In this document: positions 24,619 through 26,871 of the stretch, piece after piece
Position numbering within the stretch: position 1 is the first letter of the stretch
Layout: each line of letters opens with the position of its first letter
Origin: an uncultured virus (IMG/VR IMGVR_UViG_3300042478_001433)
Lineage: Duplodnaviria; Heunggongvirae; Uroviricota; Caudoviricetes
Strand: one strand, 5' to 3'
DNA length: 26,871 bases
IMG/VR virus record: IMGVR_UViG_3300042478_001433
Program-made: the position numbers and the translations under genes
The notes under the pieces: model-generated
Seen by the model: only the letters and a program-made list of their open reading frames with translations
Told to the model about the DNA's origin: nothing
Databases searched by the model: none

Positions 24619-25413
24619 TCAGAAGTCATGTGATGTTAGTACGGACTCGTTGCGCAATGCCCATGAAGGCAGGCTGAGCGTTTGGCAGTGATCGCCGTAA
24701 CCCGGCCACTCCTTGGTGGCTTGGCAGTCGGCAATCACGCGCATGTCGCGTTGCCGCAGCTCATCACCAGCAGCCATGGCCGCGGCGTCAAGCTCATAGA
24801 CCGCAACCGCGTACGGGGCAGTCTTCTCAACGGCAATGAACACAAACCGCTCAGCACCGTGCAAGCCGGCTAGGTAGTGGCTCGCTTGCACATGGTAGCG
24901 GAAGGTAGCCACGCTACGGGCAAAGCCGGCAGGGCTGGCATCCGTGGTGGTCTTGAGATCCACCACCGTGGCACCGTCGTACCAGTCAGGGCGGCATTTG
25001 CAGCGCAGCCCAGTAGCAGCGTCATCCCACCAGAAGGACTGCTCAGCCTTGCCATGGGTAAGCAATGAGGCAGCAGCAGGATGCAGACGCACGCTGTCTG
25101 CCATGCAGTTGGCGGCCATCATGTCGCCAGCGGCAACCGCCTCAATGCCAGCAGCGGCCATGCGCTCTGCTTGCTCCTTGCCTGCCTTGGTATTGCGTGG
25201 GGCGCACACGCCGTAGCGGCCTGCTAGCTCCCCCGGTTCGAGCACTGCGCAATGCACCAGTGAGCCAAGCCGCATAGCGGCAGTCGGCTCGGGTGCGATG
25301 CGCTTGGGGTCGAGGTAGCGGCTCCAGTAGTGGTAGGGAGACTTGGCCACTGCGTGCAGGTGACTGGCGCTGACGGCAGGGTCAGCGTGGTACTGCTCGT
25401 TGCTGATGGTCAT
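24619..25413 (-). CDS. RecE/exonuclease VIII-like PD-(D/E)XK nuclease (DUF3799-like)
   Basis: YHA...VS.S.L, GS..H...LEP, E.S..W.D...G..CKCRPD, VDLKTT, Y..QA..Y, F.F.AVEK..PY, WPGY. Confidence 0.9.
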   Translation of the reverse strand: MTISNEQYHADPAVSASHLHAVAKSPYHYWSRYLDPKRIAPEPTAAMRLGSLVHCAVLEPGELAGRYGVCAPRNTKAGKEQAERMAAAGIEAVAAGDMMAANCMADSVRLHPAAASLLTHGKAEQSFWWDDAATGLRCKCRPDWYDGATVVDLKTTTDASPAGFARSVATFRYHVQASHYLAGLHGAERFVFIAVEKTAPYAVAVYELDAAAMAAGDELRQRDMRVIADCQATKEWPGYGDHCQTLSLPSWALRNESVLTSHDF

Positions 25414-25610
25414 ACCGCTGCCCCACTGCGCAGTTGGCGATGCATCCGGCTGGCGGTGCCATAGGTGGCGACCAGCTCGGGGAACGCATCCAGCAAACGG
25501 CGCTTGTTGCCGGGGTCGGCTTTCATGCCAGCGGCAGCTAGCGCTTGGAAGAATCCACCGCCGTGCTGGTAGGCGGTGGCGAATGTCCAGTAGATGTCTG
25601 CTTCAGTCAT
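25410..25610 (-). CDS. small hypothetical phage protein
   Basis: GGGF..ALA.A...AD..N..RL..AFPE pattern; ATGA coupling. Confidence 0.7.
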   Translation of the reverse strand: MTEADIYWTFATAYQHGGGFFQALAAAGMKADPGNKRRLLDAFPELVATYGTASRMHRQLRSGAAV

Positions 25611-25732
25611 GGCTTGAGTTGCTCTTGGCAGGCGTGATGGCTGTAGGCGGGCTGCTGGCGGCCGGTGTCGTAGGCCATTGCCCAGACACCGAAGATGATT
25701 GCCAGCACGGCAAAGCGGTTCAGATTGTTCAT
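25607..25732 (-). CDS. small membrane peptide (41 aa; not in ORF track)
   Basis: MNNLNRFAVLAIIFGVWAMAYDTGRQQPAYSHHACQEQLKP*; ATGA-coupled at both ends. Confidence 0.6.
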   Translation of the reverse strand: MNNLNRFAVLAIIFGVWAMAYDTGRQQPAYSHHACQEQLKP

Positions 25733-25923
25733 GCCATCAGCGCCTTACGGACGCGATAGGTGGACAGGTTGAGGCGGTCGGCAATGCGCTTCTGGCTCAG
25801 GCCAGTGCGGCGCAGTACGCGGATGCGGCGGTCGTCAGAGGCGGTGAGCCAGTCGATCACGGCGACTACTACCAGCAGTGGCAGCAGCAGTTTCCAGATG
25901 ATCAGCAGTGCGGTTGTGAGCAT
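25729..25923 (-). CDS. small protein with N-terminal TM helix and C-terminal HTH
   Basis: About 25 hydrophobic residues then I..LRRTGLSQKRIADRLNLSTYRVRKAL. Confidence 0.7.
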   Translation of the reverse strand: MLTTALLIIWKLLLPLLVVVAVIDWLTASDDRRIRVLRRTGLSQKRIADRLNLSTYRVRKALMA

Positions 25924-25982
25924 GGTTGGGGTCGCAATGTGTGGTTGCCGGATTGGGAGCGGCTCCGGCGGGCCGCGTGGGC

Positions 25983-26141
25983 TCAGTCGTCGAGCAGAGT
26001 CTGGTCAAACCACCAGCAGGTTTTGAGGAAGGCGTTGGTGCGGGCCTCCTCCGCAGCGCGCTCAGCGCGGTCACGCTCGCGGAGGCGGATTGCGCGAGCC
26101 AGCTGCTCGGCTTCGGTGAGGCGGGGTTGTTTCTTGGCCAT
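25983..26141 (-). CDS. small charged hypothetical protein
   Basis: MAKKQPRLTEAEQLARAIR...; ATG at 26141 downstream of a promoter-like motif. Confidence 0.55.
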   Translation of the reverse strand: MAKKQPRLTEAEQLARAIRLRERDRAERAAEEARTNAFLKTCWWFDQTLLDD

Positions 26142-26185
26142 GGTTCTCGGGGTGGGGTGCAGGACTGGTTGCCTGCTGTCCCCAT

Positions 26186-26213
26186 ATCCTACACCATGTG
26201 CAGCCGTGGTCAA
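26186..26213 (-). promoter_or_regulatory. sigma70-type early promoter
   Basis: TTGACC-16 nt-TAGGAT on the - strand, intergenic, upstream of the recombination operon. Confidence 0.6.
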
Positions 26214-26219
26214 CCCTGC

Positions 26220-26534
26220 CTAGTAACGAATCGACACAATTGCTGTGCCATCTAGCGGCACGCCTAGGCGGTAGGCGGCGCCGCCGCTGAGATCCAGCGA
26301 CCCGCAGTCGCAGCGGTCAGTGACGGGCACGGTGAGCAGGCGCCCGCGATGTTGCACCGTGACGCGCGTGCCGCATGGCAACCATGGATGGGCGGCCGAC
26401 ACGTCCCAGTGGCGGTAGGTGCCGCCGCAGTACGTGGTGCGCCCGTGATACCAGCCGTCGTAGACGGTGGCAGTCACCTGCCGGGCTTGAGCAGGCGACA
26501 GCAGCAGGATTGCTGCAGTAATCAGTGCACGCAT
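26220..26534 (-). CDS. RlpA-like double-psi beta-barrel protein with signal peptide
   Basis: MRALITAAILLLSPAQA signal; A..Y...YHGR.T..G, SAAH..LP.GT.V.V, V.VTDR, LDLS..AA..LG. Confidence 0.82.
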   Translation of the reverse strand: MRALITAAILLLSPAQARQVTATVYDGWYHGRTTYCGGTYRHWDVSAAHPWLPCGTRVTVQHRGRLLTVPVTDRCDCGSLDLSGGAAYRLGVPLDGTAIVSIRY

Positions 26535-26592
26535 GATGCTTGAGGTGATGAGGATCCGGGGCGCGCTATCCGGCTTATGGCCTAAATTCTTG

Positions 26593-26608
26593 CGCCCCCG
26601 AAGGGGCG
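26593..26608 (-). other. cUUCGg tetraloop hairpin after the 26615-26812 gene
   Basis: CGCCCC-TTCG-GGGGCG on the - strand. Confidence 0.55.
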
Positions 26609-26614
26609 GTGCCC

Positions 26615-26812
26615 TTAGAACCACTCCTCAAGCGCGGCCTGGGCGTTGCCCAGATCGTGCTCGATTGAGTCAGCCAGCGCGATGGCCTCTTGGGCCACCG
26701 TGAGCAGCTGCTCGGTGGAGCGGCTCCACGCCTCGAAGGCCGCGTCCACCTCAGCGATTAACGCTGCGGTTTCGGCCTCGCGGGCGAGGGCGTTGCGGGT
26801 GATGTCGTCCAT
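26615..26812 (-). CDS. small acidic helical hypothetical protein
   Basis: ATG preceded by GGAG; 65 aa. Confidence 0.6.
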   Translation of the reverse strand: MDDITRNALAREAETAALIAEVDAAFEAWSRSTEQLLTVAQEAIALADSIEHDLGNAQAALEEWF

Positions 26813-26871
26813 GGGATCTCCGGTTGGTGGGTGAGCCCCCGGCGGGACTCATGGGTGCCGGGTGAAGGCCA

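Noticed and set aside
22411..26862. 13-nt repeat CATGGGTGCCGGG at 22411 and 26850
   Set aside because: A few 13-mer matches are expected by chance in 27 kb, and one copy is inside a coding region.

Overview
A 26.9-kb segment of a tailed dsDNA phage with siphovirus-type gene order. The host is probably a picocyanobacterium (Synechococcus/Cyanobium-like), inferred mainly from the cyanobacterial-type RpoD-family sigma factor. The + strand (1-19543) is the late region: head-decoration/neck genes, tail terminator, major tail protein, tail assembly chaperone with a probable +1 (or -2) frameshift extension, tape measure, tail tip genes, two extra tail-tube-like paralogs, two fibre genes, a lysis cassette (two holin-like genes and a GH24+M15A endolysin) and an HNH gene. 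The - strand (19567-26871) is the early/middle region: sigma factor, dCTP deaminase, DUF3310, SSB, an HTH protein, Bet-like recombinase, a DGQHR/ParB-like gene, a RecE-like exonuclease, small accessory genes and an RlpA-like protein. No integrase, tRNA, CRISPR or reverse transcriptase was seen. The most unusual signals are: (i) a quasi-palindromic TAGT-N7-ACTA-like 15-mer at the 3' ends of accessory genes in two distant loci, one beside a chimeric gene remnant after the tail fibre; (ii) densely structured, pseudoknot-capable intergenic DNA at 17185-17256 and 17605-17715; (iii) a non-canonical chaperone frameshift; (iv) a recurrent -10-only motif upstream of late genes together with a sigma factor whose region 4 is divergent. 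All product calls come from motif recognition and synteny, not database searches.
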